DNA of 63,148 nucleotides, filler included, from Squatina squatina (lineage: Eukaryota): NCBI GenBank assembly GCA_031763465.1. It is 3 parts of 3 records of this genome, joined end to end, with 100 filler letters (N's around TTAATTAATTAA, not from the genome) between each part and the next. Parts side by side here need not be neighbours in the genome. Positions count along the whole stretch, not along the records: positions 23,237 to 41,138 come from JARFOE010000100.1; positions 41,239 to 63,148 come from JARFOE010000115.1; 1 more part is not named here. One strand, given 5' to 3'. Positions 37,128 to 51,110 of the stretch are shown here, in pieces (position 1 is the stretch's first letter; every line of letters starts with the position of its first letter). A program made the translations under genes and the position numbers. The notes under the pieces are model-generated. The model had not been told where the DNA came from. It searched no databases and saw only the letters and a program-made list of their open reading frames with translations.

Positions 37128-39779
37128 NNNNNNNNNNNNNNNNNNNNNNNNNNNNNNNNNNNNNNNNNNNNNNNNNNNNNNNNNNNNNNNNNNNNNNNNN
37201 NNNNNNNNNNNNNNNNNNNNNNNNNNNTGTGCCAGTAGAGCAGGTGGTCCTGTTCCAACCATTTCGTTGAGCTATCTGTCTGATATTGGCAATGGTAGCA
37301 AAGAATATTTTTGAATAATTACTTCAAAAAAGCATCAGCTTTAATAATAAATTGTGCATTTAAATGTCATTTTCAATAAGTTTTTAAGTTATTAAGCAAA
37401 GACCTAACTGTGATCATGCCATTTTTAATACATGCCATTTGTTGAAAATAAATGATAAACACACCAAACCTTGACATATCAATAATAGTGCACATTTTTA
37501 ATCAAGGTCAGTAATAATGTGCATTGTAATGAAGCTCTGCACAAAAGTATTTTTAAGCTGTACATATTAGAGGATTAAAAAGGGGAACATAATTTCAAAA
37601 ACTGACCTTATTCATAGCCTAAAACAAGACTGACATTTTCATGGTCAAGGCTAAGGATATCACCACTTATCCATTTCAGGTTCCTCATTTCAGCATCAAT
37701 TAATTGAAGGTTTGCAGCCACACAGCCAGTTGCAGAGTAAAGTTCTGTCCCCNNNNNNNNNNNNNNNNNNNNNNNNNNNNNNNNNNNNNNNNNNNNNNNN
37801 NNNNNNNNNNNNNNNNNNNNNNNNNNNNNNNNNNNNNNNNNNNNNNNNNNNNCTGGAAGCAGGCAGGAGCCTCATAAATTTATGAAAATCGGGGTCCAAT
37901 TCTGTCACTGGGACCCCAATTTCATTTGAACTCAGGCCTGAGCAGGGAAGTCGTTTTGCACTCACTCCACCGCTCGCCCGCCAGAAACTCGCTGAGATTT
38001 CAAATCGACTCCACAGTATTATTTTTTCAGATTTTATATTTCGTGTCAAAGAAATGGGGGAAAATCTAGTGAAAAAGTTAGTGAAAATTAGGTACTATTT
38101 TTAGCATCACTAAACCTCAAGGAAATAAGCAGTCCATTTCAGCAATCTTTAATACAACATGCATTTGTATTCATAAAATATTTCAATGTTCAAAGCATCA
38201 GGAGAAAGAAAAGATTAGGAAATCAATAAATATTTTAGCAGACAGAAAGGCTTGACTAAAGAACAGTGCATGATTTTGAATTGCCTGAAGCCACCTGTGA
38301 CATTAAGAATATATTAAACCCTTTGGAAAGTATGAAGCTGAAACACAAAGCCCATGTGTGTGCCCAATAGCTTATTATTTTGAGGCTGACAAATCATAGA
38401 ATTATTCTCACATGGACTGATCNNNNNNNNNNNNNNNNNNNNNNNNNNNNNNNNNNNNNNNNNNNNNNNNNNNNNNNNNNNNNNNNNNNNNNNNNNNNNN
38501 NNNNNNNNNNNNNNNNNNNNNNGCTCCGTTTAACACAGGTTCCACCCTCTGCATTGTGGTGATCGGGATGAACTGCCTATATTTCTTTAAAATACTTATT
38601 GACTATTCCTTTTGGTAGAACTAATAACCTTCTAAATCTGTGTGACATTTTATAAATGAAATAAAGTTTAGCCAATTACAGTTCAATAAATATATTAATA
38701 TATTTTAAATAATTGCTACATAATGAAAAAAAGTGACCTTCATACACAATTTTATAGTAGCCAGAGCATAATGATATGATAAAACCTCCTTAAACACAGT
38801 GGTGTGATTTAATAAATTAGCAGAAATAAAAACAAATGATGCAGGCACAAGGCCACGCTTCGCAATTAGCAGCAGAATAAAGTTAATCAAATATCATTGC
38901 TCAATTTATTTTTTTTACCCGCCTCAGTGGTATGGGAGAGGCTGTGCACTTACATAATTTTTCATCATCTGAAACCTCCATCATCATGTGACAGGCATAA
39001 TCCTAATTGACCATTAATGACAAATGAGCTCCACCAGTCTGTACCTTAACTCCTTAATTATAATTATTTATGCGTGGTTGTCATGTTTTGGCATGTCCCC
39101 TTTGTGGAATGGGGGACAATTTTCTCAACATAGTTATCTATTCACGAGACACGCAGTTTTACGTCTTGGACTCAAAACCATTTTTTACATGAACACAATG
39201 CTGCTGTAACAGCAAGCAACACTTCCCCACTACCAAAATCATATAAATGAAGATGAGTAGAATCAATGGTGTGATTTAACATGCATGATATCAAATTAGC
39301 AAACTATGCTTTATTACTCCACCCTGTCCCAGGATTTATTTCTTCATTTCTTTATGAACCCATTTCTGAGGTCCTGGAATTACAACATTGAATGCTAGCA
39401 TAAAACATGTTTTATATGTCTACTTGAAATTCCTTCTCTGTTATCTTAGTAGAAATGTTAGCCCATTAAGCATAAGTTAATACCTTGGTTAAAATAGCAG
39501 AGAGAGGAATAATCAAATTCACAAAGAATTCATGGTGTCACTTCAAGGACTAATTATTGTAGGAGGAGGAAGAGGAGCAACAAGAACAGCAGCAGGGTGG
39601 GGAACCTCACTGTGCTGCAGTTGGGGCTCTCAGCAGCCCACACTTGAGGAGGACTGCTCACTGTAACTGACTCTGGACATAGAACTTTCAGAGGATCAGT
39701 GCTGCAGGAGGCTACACTTCGCCAAAGAGGCTGTCGCTTGCAAGAAGCCTGCTGTGACAACAAAGTCAACTGCCTTTCC

Positions 39780-40006
39780 CTGCTGCTGACCACTGCCATC
39801 CATGAGGAATGTAATGTAATCACTAACACTAGCAAAGAGGCATTAGTGACCTCCTTGATGCAGGCATGGGCAGAAGGCTGATTTATATGACTGATATCAC
39901 CTGCTTCAGTCAGGAATGAGCCCAAGACAAAAAATAAATTAAGGGGCGTAGTCACTATAACTGCCACAGGCAATGCATGGCCACCCGGGAGAGTGGATTA
40001 CAGGTC
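39780..40006 (-). pseudogene. Harbinger transposase (HARBI1-like) fragment
   Basis: LPVAVIVTTPLNLF...GSFLTEAGDISHINQPSAHACIKEVTNA resembles the HTH region of HARBI1-type transposases (L.F.A.GSF...GD..GISQ.S..R.I..VT.A). Confidence 0.65.
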
Positions 40007-41182
40007 NNNNNNNNNNNNNNNNNNNNNNNNNNNNNNNNNNNNNNNNNNNNNNNNNNNNNNNNNNNNNNNNNNNNNNNNNNNNNNNNNNNNNNNNNNNNNN
40101 NNNNNNAGGATTTGTTTTGTGAGGTAACTAACACAAGGTCCCACATTTTAAATAGGGAAGAATTCCCTTTAGGTGATTAGATAATAATGATAATGCAGCA
40201 CAAGGAGAAAATAACATCCCTTCTGCCTTATCAATTATTCAGAAATGAGAAACTGATGCTGCAGTAATAAACTGATACTCCATTAGCTCATTTGAATTAA
40301 TTATTTTACAAAAATATGGATAGAATGTTCTGTACATTTTGTTTGCATTTTGTACAGCTGATTTTATAGACCAGGTTTCAAAATTTTTAGTAATTATGCA
40401 GACATGGATATTATGTTTACATTATCAGTTGAAATCTATACATTTTCATAATCTTAAATACATTAATTTAATTTTTAAATATGGGAACTTATGGTTATGT
40501 TTTTTTTAAATATAAATTTCTAAAATATTGCCTTTTCATATGCACAGTTATAAAGCATTATGAATATATAGACACTCAACATTAATTTTATTATAAAGTC
40601 ATCCATTTTTATACAGATTTTTAAAAATCTATTCTCCCCCCACCCCAGAATGAAGAAATCATTGGTCTTCTGGCAGAGTTCAAAGCAATTCCCCCAAAAA
40701 TTCAGAAATAACATTTCTATCACTTTTTAAGGTTTGGAAGATTGGCGTCAAAATAAGTCTCTCAACAATTGAGGGTGTATTGGAAAAGTATTCTCACAAT
40801 GGGAACTATATTCCCTTACATCAAAGAAAGAACCCACTTTTAATTAGCAAAAAAAAATCCGTATAAACTATCTCGATCAGAGATTGCATCTGCATTTCTA
40901 ATCAGTTTGCACACTTCACAATATCGGTATTTAATTCACAAGCATGCTATAAAATGACCACAGCTTAGTTTTCAAAGGATTTACTATCAATCAGTACACT
41001 TCCCCACTCAATGAAAATAGATTTTGGTAAAAATGAACTAAAAAATGAATTTACTCAATGTTTCTTAAAGAAGTCGTATAACCACTAAAATATATTTCAG
41101 CAGGCTGATCGGGTCCAGTTGAGGTCTCAACCTGGATANNNNNNNNNNNNNNNNNNNNNNNNNNNNNNNNNNNNNNNNNNNN

Positions 41183-41194
41183 TTAATTAATTAA
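41183..41194. other. Artificial six-frame-stop scaffold spacer
   Basis: TTAATTAATTAA centred in a 100-bp N gap. Confidence 0.95.
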
Positions 41195-43128
41195 NNNNNN
41201 NNNNNNNNNNNNNNNNNNNNNNNNNNNNNNNNNNNNNNCTAACCAAAAAAGTTGATTCTTAGATATAATTACAAAAGGGTCAAAAAGGAGCACTTTTCCC
41301 CCCTAAAATAACCTAAGTAAAAGCAAGGAGCTACTGTAGTATAAGCCATTCACTTAGTAAAGATGGAGGCAAGGAGATTGAGGGTTGTCCCTTCCAGCGT
41401 AACTAAGGGCATGCTCTGGCAAACAAATTAAAGGAGCAGCATTGACAATATGAATGGTCATGTCTGCATCCCCTGCGATCACAATCACCAAGGAGAATAG
41501 TCTGCGTACGGCAGTGCTAACCTGATAGAAAAGATGAGTGTGGAGGGGGGAAAGCAGTTATAAAAGTAGGACACCAAAAGAAATAATAAAAGCCCCCCCA
41601 TGTGTACAAAAAGCAAAGGGTGCATGAAATGATTTAGCTGAGCTTTACCTACACTCACATCACCTCATTCTGTAATAAATCTGTCAGTGGCAAACTCTAA
41701 TATACAAGTCATCTTTGAAATTAGTTCATTCTTTTGCTCATATATTAATAACTTCAACATGCCTTGGGAGACGTCTGCAGTCGCTAGATTCATCAGCCTT
41801 TGCCTGTAAATCAGTGGAACCACTTGAGTGCTTTCAGTAAAATCCATGATTAACTGCAAGCAGCAACTTAAGTGGGAAAGTCACCACCCTGAGCTATTCA
41901 TACCAGAGGTGCTGGCACTATCTGTGGCAATTCCATTAATGCTGGCCTGGGAACAGCTGAGGTGTCTAGTCACTCACAGCATTAATCCACTTTCCAATAG
42001 GATGATCTTTTACAGGACNNNNNNNNNNNNNNNNNNNNNNNNNNNNNNNNNNNNNNNNNNNNNNNNNNNNNNNNNNNNNNNNNNNNNNNNNNNNNNNNNN
42101 NNNNNNNNNNNNNNNNNNCAAACACTATTCCCATTCGCACTCTTTCCCCTCTCCACAGCATGATGAATTTTTTCTATGCTAATCCTATATGTGCCAACCT
42201 GAGGAATACTTTATGAGGCCAAAGTCTCAGCCCAATGCCTGAGGCATGAAGTGCAAACAAATCTAGAGCAAATTCAGGGCTTGTTTTATGCTCCAGGAGT
42301 TCTGGCAGACATAAACATTTACTCTGTTTATTACTTTTTCATTTATTTTGTTGCCTGTCATAAAATATCATCAACAAACTAAGTAAGATAAGTTCAAGTG
42401 CATTATAAAATGGGAATGCTTGTTCAGAGATTAGGGGGGAATTAGAAGTTGTGCGTTCCATTGATTGCACGTTAGTCTACCCCTCATGTTCCCGTGCTAC
42501 AGAGTTAAGAACTACAGTGGATCCTCGATTAGCTCAGCTCCTATTATCTGTGTTCTTGCTTGTCCACGAGAATCTAGTTTGGGAATAATTCAGTAAAAGA
42601 CATGAAATTAAAACAGCCATGTCTATGAGGCTCCTTTGCTCTCTCAACAGCTGATTTTAGTGGAATCTGGATAACCTGCCAATTCCCATTAGACATAAAA
42701 GGCATGTCCTTCATTATTGCAGATAATTGAGGTTTCAATTTACAAAAAAATTGCACCCAGGATAAAGAATGAACTGTTCTAATATATTGTTACTAAATCA
42801 CCCAAGGGGATAGACTTAACACCCACCAGTGCTACACTGAAATATAGCCTATAAAAATTAACTTTCCCATGTATGCACTGTAATCCTTGATACTCTTGTT
42901 CTACATTTAGTTAAACCCAGCTAAGGCTGTAATACTTAAACGGAGTTATGGTTGCATCACATTAAGTTGAGCCCCATTGATGTAATTCTACTGTTTGTTA
43001 TGTTTATGTTGAAAGACGTATTATCTTTNNNNNNNNNNNNNNNNNNNNNNNNNNNNNNNNNNNNNNNNNNNNNNNNNNNNNNNNNNNNNNNNNNNNNNNN
43101 NNNNNNNNNNNNNNNNNNNNNNNNNNNN

Positions 43129-43270
43129 ATTAACGTTTGCACGTGTTTGAACGCTCCAAGTTTAAAGTGGCTAATTGCAGGGTTCAACACTAATTTTCAA
43201 AGAGGCCATTTTACAGCCCGAAATTCAGCGCTTAACGCCACAAACACAAAAAAGCCTAATTGGGCACCTT
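43129..43270. mobile_element. MITE terminus (AATTGGGCACC end); second copy at 47394-47532
   Basis: acgtttgcacgtg...aattttcaaaga...aaattc.gc.ctta.cgc...aattgggcacc is shared by both copies. Confidence 0.6.
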
Positions 43271-44124
43271 AAACCTGTATGAATCACTCAATTTTAAAAC
43301 ACTTGAGCACAATTCACTTCTATGGAAAAATAATCAAAGAAATTCTAAGACAAGAGATCAACCTCAGCACTTTAGAGGGAAGGAAGCCGTAACCATGGAG
43401 ATGTTTCTGCGGTGGGCCATGTGTGGGGAAGTACAGCCTCTGATTCTTGGACAAGCCTTCCCCTCATCCAAAGGACCCTGGGGCTATATTGCTTAAGGAA
43501 AACAGGCACTTAAAAAAAATATGTATTATTTTCTCAAAAGGTTGAGGGAACTCATTACTAAAAAATGACACCTACTATTCAACCCCCAATTCTCCAGCTC
43601 TGCGAAAGTTGTTATCCATAATTACAGACTTAGTTGCAAACAAAAAGAGGAATACAAAAAGCTGCAAATACCCCTGTGTGCTACCAATATTTTGTGCTTG
43701 GAATAATTCATACTCAACCTGTTCTTCTGGAAGATAATTAAAAGCAGGTGATATTATTTACACAGAAATGTCAAACTGAAATATCTCAGGTAGGAGTCTA
43801 TGGAAAGAGGGTTTTCCGCTACTGACTGGCTTTAATTGCCTCTCGTGGGACTCCGGAAGACATTACCGTAAATTGGATCGATCCTGATGGACACATGTCA
43901 TTTGAACAGAAAGTGATGCATGTGTGCTTCATCTGCTTGAAGCGCTGCAGACGTACGTAACAACTGCCAATTTAACTTGCAGACATCACTACAGATGAGA
44001 ACATGTAATTAAAGTGATTGTCATGTGTACTGTCGGAAATAACTGCTTCGGTTTGTGTAACAAAGAAACCTATTGACAAATGAAAATGTTGTTAAAAAAC
44101 AGCAGTAATGTAGAAAGAAAGAGC

Positions 44125-44434
44125 TGCTCCGTTGGGATGGGCTTCACTTGAACCATGCTGGAACCAGTGTCTTGGCGAATCGAATAATTATGGCTGTTGA
44201 TAGGGCTTTAAACCAAATAGTTGGGTGCAGGTTTTAGGTGAGGGAAAATTTAGAATGTTAAAGAGAAAGGACAAGACAATAGTGCAGGGTAGCGATATGG
44301 GTAATGATAACCAGAGTGTGACAGGAAGGGATAGAGCGTACAAACATAAAAGTGCAACAGCAAATAGGGTCAGAGTAGGGAAAAATGGTAAAAAGACAAA
44401 ATTAAAGGCTCTTTATCTGAATGCACGCAGCATT
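44125..44434 (+). mobile_element. CR1 ORF1 end / ORF2 start
   Basis: WDGLHLNHAGTSVLANRI (GDSL/SGNH esterase end of ORF1), then LKALYLNARSI (APE endonuclease start). Confidence 0.85.
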
Positions 44435-46570
44435 NNNNNNNNNNNNNNNNNNNNNNNNNNNNNNNNNNNNNNNNNNNNNNNNNNNNNNNNNNNNNNNNNN
44501 NNNNNNNNNNNNNNNNNNNNNNNNNNNNNNNNNNGGAAATAGTATAATGAGATGTCATTGCATTGGTATATCGCAAGTTGTACTTGGCATTGAATCACAA
44601 TTACGTTTTCAGGAAAAACAACAAAATTTGGAAGCCAGCTCCCTGTATTCATTAAAATAACTAGTTTTTTTTTTCTTTTGTGTGTACACGATGGCCACTT
44701 TTCTTTTCCAGAATGTTCAGTATAGCGAGGTAGTCAGCATAAGTGTACAAATGCTTCACATCGTGTGCTGGAGCAAGCCTTTGGCTTAGTTATAGCATTC
44801 CTGCCTCTAAGTCAGAAGATGAAGGATTCAAACCCCACTCCAGACTGAGTAGTGACTAGAGCTATGGCTCTCAATGCTGGGTTGACACCTAGTGGGATAC
44901 TTGTGTCTGGTGGATCTGGGAGCTCATGAAACCCTCCTGTCAGATAGCACTAGCAACCCTACTGGCTGGTATAAAGATAGAAGGAGTATTCATATTGGAG
45001 TCAGTCATGATGCTCATCAGCCAACAAATCCTTCCACTGCTTATGAAAATCTTGTGACTTTAACATGTGCTCAATATTGTCAGTTTATACTCCTTTGTCT
45101 CGATATGATGGTTATCCCAAATAATATACGCTTGCCAAATATTATGCAAAATGAGAAAATGAAGATGTGAGAAAGGATTATATAAATGTTTCTAAACAAA
45201 TGATAAGTGACAAAAGGATTATCATAAAAGTTCAAAGCTATTCCAAAACTAATATATTCACAAAGCATGACAGCCCATTCATATTTCAACTAAGTGTGAA
45301 AAGGTTGAAGACTTTATTAAATTAGTCCAGTCAAGCTGAGGAGCTTGATGTAGGAAAATCAATGATTTATCAGCACAAAAATGGTCTGGAATGAATAGAA
45401 TTAGGTTGATGTTTCACAGGACTTATGGTAATCAGCTGGTTATGATGCAAATTTGTCTGCTAACTGGAAGGAAGTGTTCAATGGCATGCAAAGCATTCCT
45501 TTCTGTGTGCAGACCAGACAACATTTTTGTATATATTTTCTCTGCTTGGCTGATTCACCTGTGATGCAGGAAACCAGCAGAAGTTAATGGCCACATTTTT
45601 ATCATCACGTAATTAGAATTCTCTCCCCAGAGGTGAGTTATACATCTGTTATCAGTCTCGAATACAGACTTACACATGCACACACTAAGCAGTCCTATAC
45701 CAAAGAGCCTGTTCAAGCCTCACTAAAAGGGGAAGCAAGTTCCTTTCGGATTCAATTATCCTGTAATTATATAATAAATAAAATTAAACAGCGACACGGT
45801 ATGGATGGTCTTTCACGCCCCACCGAAAATGTATTGTGATGCTTCATATTGAACAATATGTTATGAGCTACCATTTAGAGAGATTTCAGGAAAACAAAAT
45901 CCACAAATTGTCCATTAGTGTTGAATTGCCCCTGTTCACTTTTTCTCTTGTACTAGTTAGCATGCTAACATCAAATTCCTATTTGCACTAATTTGACATT
46001 AGCATCACCCTGTTTTAAAAATAACTAACGATGGTGTTCAAATAACAGATTTAATATGTCAACAAGTGCACTATGAATAACACACAGAGCACATTAAATA
46101 GTTAGAGATAAATTAAGAATGGTTTGATTTTACTTTTCCACAGGAAAAAAGTGTCAATGTTTATACAATTAAAATCTTGGCAAGGAGTAATTTCTACTTT
46201 TCACTCGTTTTTGGTTCATATTCATTAAGTTGCAAGGTTGAGATCTGAAAATGTGCCATGGAGGCTCACAGTAACCCAGAGTACAATGGGGCTCCTTCTT
46301 TACAAAAGCCCAGATCATGCATGACTACTTACCTCAGACTGTAATTCCTAACACCTACTTGTAGGTATCTTTTACAGAATACTATTAAATGCACAACCAT
46401 GGCATATACATATGGCAAATATATATGAACCGAGCCTATACCATGTTCAGAATATTGTTTTACCATGTAGGCATACAAACATGTGCACACATATATACCT
46501 TTATACCACTTTTCCTTGCCAAATTATCTGCGTAAGTGCTTATACACTAAATTTAGGCAGTAAGATATTG

Positions 46571-47114
46571 GGAAGGGAGGGAATTTTATCCCAAAACACA
46601 GGTGGGTTGGGGATCAGGTGGGAGGTTAAAGAGTTAAAAAAAACTGAATCCTGGCCCCACAACCCGCCCACCTCCGGTTTTAACAGAGGAGGGACAGGGG
46701 TGGAGCTGCCAGCCCACTCCCAGGAGGCGGATCGCATATTTAAATATTATAATGAGACTGCACGCCTCATTGTGATCCACCTTTTCAAATTTAACTGTGT
46801 GCGTGCAGGTTTCCCTGGTCTCCAGCAACCCACCAGCGAGAATTGCTTGATCCAGGAGGTAAGTGCCTTTACACTTACAAACTGGATCCAAAGACCCGGC
46901 CTCAGTCACATCCCACGATCGGACAGCCCCTCGACCCTTCCAAACCTATCCCACCCACCCACCGAGGCCATCGATTTCCCCATCGACCTCAGCCCCTCCA
47001 AGGTCTCTGATTTCCTTCCAGCCATCGACCCTCGTCCTCCCACCCATTCCCCATCCCATCCTCCTGTTCTCCAATTTCACCTCCAATCCTCCAGCCCCTG
47101 AACCCTCTCTCCCT
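46571..47114. mobile_element. MITE remnant with C-rich interior
   Basis: Starts near gggaattttatcc, contains aacccgcccacctccggttttaac (similar to 23237-23262) and a CGATC-rich C tract like 11691. Confidence 0.5.
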
Positions 47115-47789
47115 NNNNNNNNNNNNNNNNNNNNNNNNNNNNNNNNNNNNNNNNNNNNNNNNNNNNNNNNNNNNNNNNNNNNNNNNNNNNNNNNNNNNNN
47201 NNNNNNNNNNNNNNTGGGAGACATGCAGCTGCCAGCAATTAAGTGGGCTGAGGTGGTTGGAAGTTGCTTAAGTCAACTCAGGAATTAAATGGGCTCTGTG
47301 ATGTTGGAAGCAAGCTGTGGGCTGTGAGGTGGTTGGAAGCAAACTGTGGAAATTTCATGCTGACCACAAAAAGCTCAGTTCCGTATGAGCCCCTTACGTT
47401 TGCACGTGCTGGAATGCTCAAAATCTAAACTGGCTAACCAGAGGATTCAAGGCAAATTTTCAAAGAATCCTATTTCCAGCGCAAAATTCGGCACTTAGCG
47501 CTAGAAACGCCCAAAGCACGAATTGGGCACCCTGAGTCTCCCCGATACAGTAGCAGCAATAAGATGGCTCCACTGTTGTTATTCACCTTCATCTGTGCTG
47601 GAACTGGAGAGCGAGTTAAAAATTAACAAGACCAAGACCAGAAGAATCTCCAGAGGCCCCAGAGTATCAAGGAAAGAAAATTTACACGTATCACAAAATA
47701 AACCTCCTCTTGTTTATCTGTGTTGCCCTGTGCAACTGTTAGCTGAATTGTTCCCAAGTAAAATATCTTAATTCTAATGGTCTGTCCTC

Positions 47790-48175
47790 CCCCAATGGGT
47801 CAGAGGGTTTATTCAATGGGTAGCTGAGCCATACGGTTCAGTGTTATCCCAGGTTTGATGCTTAGTCTGTGCTGAGTCAGCTGATCAGAGCATGGACAAT
47901 AGTCAAGGTGCTACAAATGGCCCCGGCATTTATAGATTAGAGAGGTGGACTCAAAATTGACCACGGCTCCTGTTCCCAATTGGCACTGAGCAACTGCTAG
48001 ATGTGCACGTCTGCGCACATTGGATGAGGAGACATTTGGATTTGGGTCAAACGCGGTCAAATAGCTGAGAACTGCTTACATTCGAGGCTCACCCGTGAAT
48101 AATGACCACTTACCTGATGAACCATACCTCAGAAAGAAGTCAATGCATTTTGGAAAGGATGGGAGAAAATTGATG
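47790..48175 (+). mobile_element. Shark tRNA-type SINE, degenerate
   Basis: cccaggtttgat...gtctgtgctgagtcagctgatc...cattggatgagga...gaataatgaccactt. Confidence 0.6.
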
Positions 48176-48785
48176 ACAGAAGGAAAAGTGGAAAGGGATT
48201 AAGGTTTGCTTCAAACACTTGGGAACAGATACAGTTCAGCCAGAGGGGAGCAGAGCATGACTGAGAAATTAAATAAACCTTGGCCTGAATTACCGAGAGA
48301 GTATCATTGGAAACATGTCAAGAGCCCAGACTGTTAATCACTACTGCCCAGCTTGATTTATCTTTAGTCATTGCAGATAACTGCACAGAAGCTTAGGGAA
48401 TAGATACATAATGCAATAACATAAGGTTAAGTGCCTGGAAATTGTTTATAAGGGGGACCGGTAGGTCGCAATGGACATTTCAGTTTCTGGAACCTCTAAA
48501 CCATGATTGGTTTGTCCTTGTTCAACGATATACGGACAGGAGGGGGACCAATGCTTTCAGAATGGAACATTTTCCTCTTCATGAATTCAACACTGGGATG
48601 AGCATTTTGGGCATGTTCCTAAGGTTTTGGTTTCAGAACCAATTTCGCAGATCCCAAAATTCAGACACTGAAGATTGTTCCAATGNNNNNNNNNNNNNNN
48701 NNNNNNNNNNNNNNNNNNNNNNNNNNNNNNNNNNNNNNNNNNNNNNNNNNNNNNNNNNNNNNNNNNNNNNNNNNNNNNNNNNNNN

Positions 48786-48910
48786 GAAGGGTCATCGACC
48801 TGAAACGTTGACTCTGTTTTTCTCTCCACAGATGCTGCCTGACCTGCTGAGCATTTCCAGCATTTTCTGCTTTTATTTCAGATTCCAGCATCCACAGTAT
48901 CTTGCTTTTG
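48786..48910 (+). mobile_element. Penelope-like terminal sequence with partial hammerhead-like motif
   Basis: GAAGGGTCATCGACCTGAAACGTT, then ctctgtttttctctccacagatgctgcctgacctgctgagcatttccagc. The 5' part is lost in the gap. Confidence 0.7.
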
Positions 48911-49780
48911 TATTCTATAGGTAGGATTGCTTCCCTGGATTTGTTGGTTTTGTATGGCATGTTAATTCCGGTTTTATGCAACAGAATAATTTTTTTAACC
49001 TATCGCTCCTGTCTTCATTTTCTATTCCCCCTTTTATTAGATTGTACTATTATGTATTTAGCATTTTGACACCAATATGCATTGCTTTTCATTTATCTAA
49101 CCTGAGTGCAATGGCAATCATCTGCGTAAGTATTAAGTCTCGGTGAATCCCTTTGGATATTTGCCTCTCAGAATCAATTTGTTATCCCAAACAATTTCTT
49201 CTCCTCAGCAAATATAAAAATCCTCTTTACAACAATTTCATCCAATAATTAATGCAAAAAACACTGATATGAAGACCAATCTTCTCAGATATGTGTTACA
49301 TTTAAGAAGTTAAAACTAATTATTTGCTTCCCATCTATAAGGTATGTTTTTCTTCCCCGTCGAACCACATTTTATTAAATTCCGTTGGTAATAACCTTGA
49401 GTGGTGCCTTATCAAACAGTTGGAACTAGACTAACTTTTGGGACTTCTCCTGTCTCCAACTAATTATGAAATATGTGTACCAAACCTGCTTCTGTTTCAT
49501 TTTCCTTTTCTTAATATGCTCAAATACATGACATTAAGAGAGGGTACTTTGTTCACTTCAGTCTCAATAAAATTCCTCTTTGCTGATCTTTGTTTTCATT
49601 AGATTGCTCCTGAGATCCTGATTACCAAGTCTGAAATATGGCTCCTTTGTCCTTGTGAATACTTATTAGAAATAATCTTTNNNNNNNNNNNNNNNNNNNN
49701 NNNNNNNNNNNNNNNNNNNNNNNNNNNNNNNNNNNNNNNNNNNNNNNNNNNNNNNNNNNNNNNNNNNNNNNNNNNNNNNN

Positions 49781-49827
49781 CTTCAGCCGCTAGTGCTACC
49801 AACGTGGCGCTATCCAATTGGGCCCCC
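49781..49827. mobile_element. Harbinger-type MITE 3' end
   Basis: GGCGCTA at 49806, then CCAATTGGGCCCCC at 49814-49827 followed by TTA. Confidence 0.65.
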
Positions 49828-50452
49828 TTACAGTCTGAGCAAATATTGAGATATCATTATACCATTATAAATACTAAGTTAAATAGTGAACATAAATAAT
49901 TTGAACTCTGAAATATTAACATCTCACGCAGTTAGCATGTTACACAAACTGAAATATGATTATTGCATCTGAAAATTGCATGAATATAAATCACAAAAGA
50001 AATTAGTTTTCTTCATATAAACAAATTTGAATCATTTAGGTTTCTGTGTAAAAACCTAAGTTGTGATATATAATCAGCAGAAATGACTTGCTAAATCTCA
50101 GTTTCGATCTTGAAATGAAAGCCAATATCTTAATGTGTCCACTTTATAATGAAATGCATGTTTGACTGCTCTTCAGGGAAAATGACATTGTTTTCATTAA
50201 TGACCTCATAAAAAGAACATCAGAGGTACTAAAGGGTAATGGGGACAATTGGAAAATAATCGTTACTCGGTGGGTGGTAATTTGTTCACTAATGTACACA
50301 GCAGTTGGAGGCAGGAAGTAAGGGCCTGTCCTCCACTGCCTGTGCAGCAGTTCTATGCCACGCTGCCATGAGAGCATGAAACAGGGAATCAGAAGAGCTT
50401 GTATCAGAAGGGTTTGTATTGAAATGTGCATCACTCTCATGAAGATTCCCAC

Positions 50453-51110
50453 TTATGAACAATACGAACAATGACAGACAGGTAAAGACCATCTGGTCCA
50501 TCGAGCCTGTCCCATACAATTGCGCTACTTTGTGCATCACAATATATACACTCCACCCCACCTGAAACCATGTGATCTTCTGGGCGAGGCAAACAAACAG
50601 ATTAAAAACCCCAGGCCAATTTGGGGGGGAAAAAATTGGGAAATTCCTCTCCGGCCCATCTGGGCGATCAAAACTAATGCAGGAGATCACCCTGGCCTTG
50701 AATTTCCTGCAGTACCTATCTCTGTAAGAGGTGATCTCTGCCGCAGCCAGAAATGAATCCAGCTTTCACTTGAAGGAATTCAGCAAGTCTGCATCCACCA
50801 CACAAAACGGCAGCTTGTTCCAGAGGCCTACTATTCTCTGGGAAAAGAAGCGTGTAACCTAGATCTAGCCTTATACAACTTAAATTTATGACCCCTGGTC
50901 CTGCCCAACCTATTTAATTGCAATCAATTGTGAGCTGGAACACCCTCTAGTCCCTTCATTATCTTATAAACCACAATCAGATCCTAAGTCTACGCTGCTC
51001 TAGGGTATAGAGTTTTCTTTTAGCCTATCTTGGTAACTAAGATGCTTTAGACTTGGAATCAGTCCAGTGACCCTCTTCTGCACCCTTTCCAGAGCCTCAA
51101 TATCACCCAC
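50453..51110 (-). mobile_element. CR1 LINE 3' end with long 3' UTR
   Basis: The reverse complement gives DIEALERVQKRVT.LIPSL..LSY.DRL and F..RIVGLWNKLP, then the tail gatggaccagatggtctt. Confidence 0.8.

Noticed and set aside
46412-47288. Longest ORFs (229 aa and 141 aa)
   Set aside because: They run through a C-rich MITE with low stop-codon density and show no recognisable domain or splice structure.
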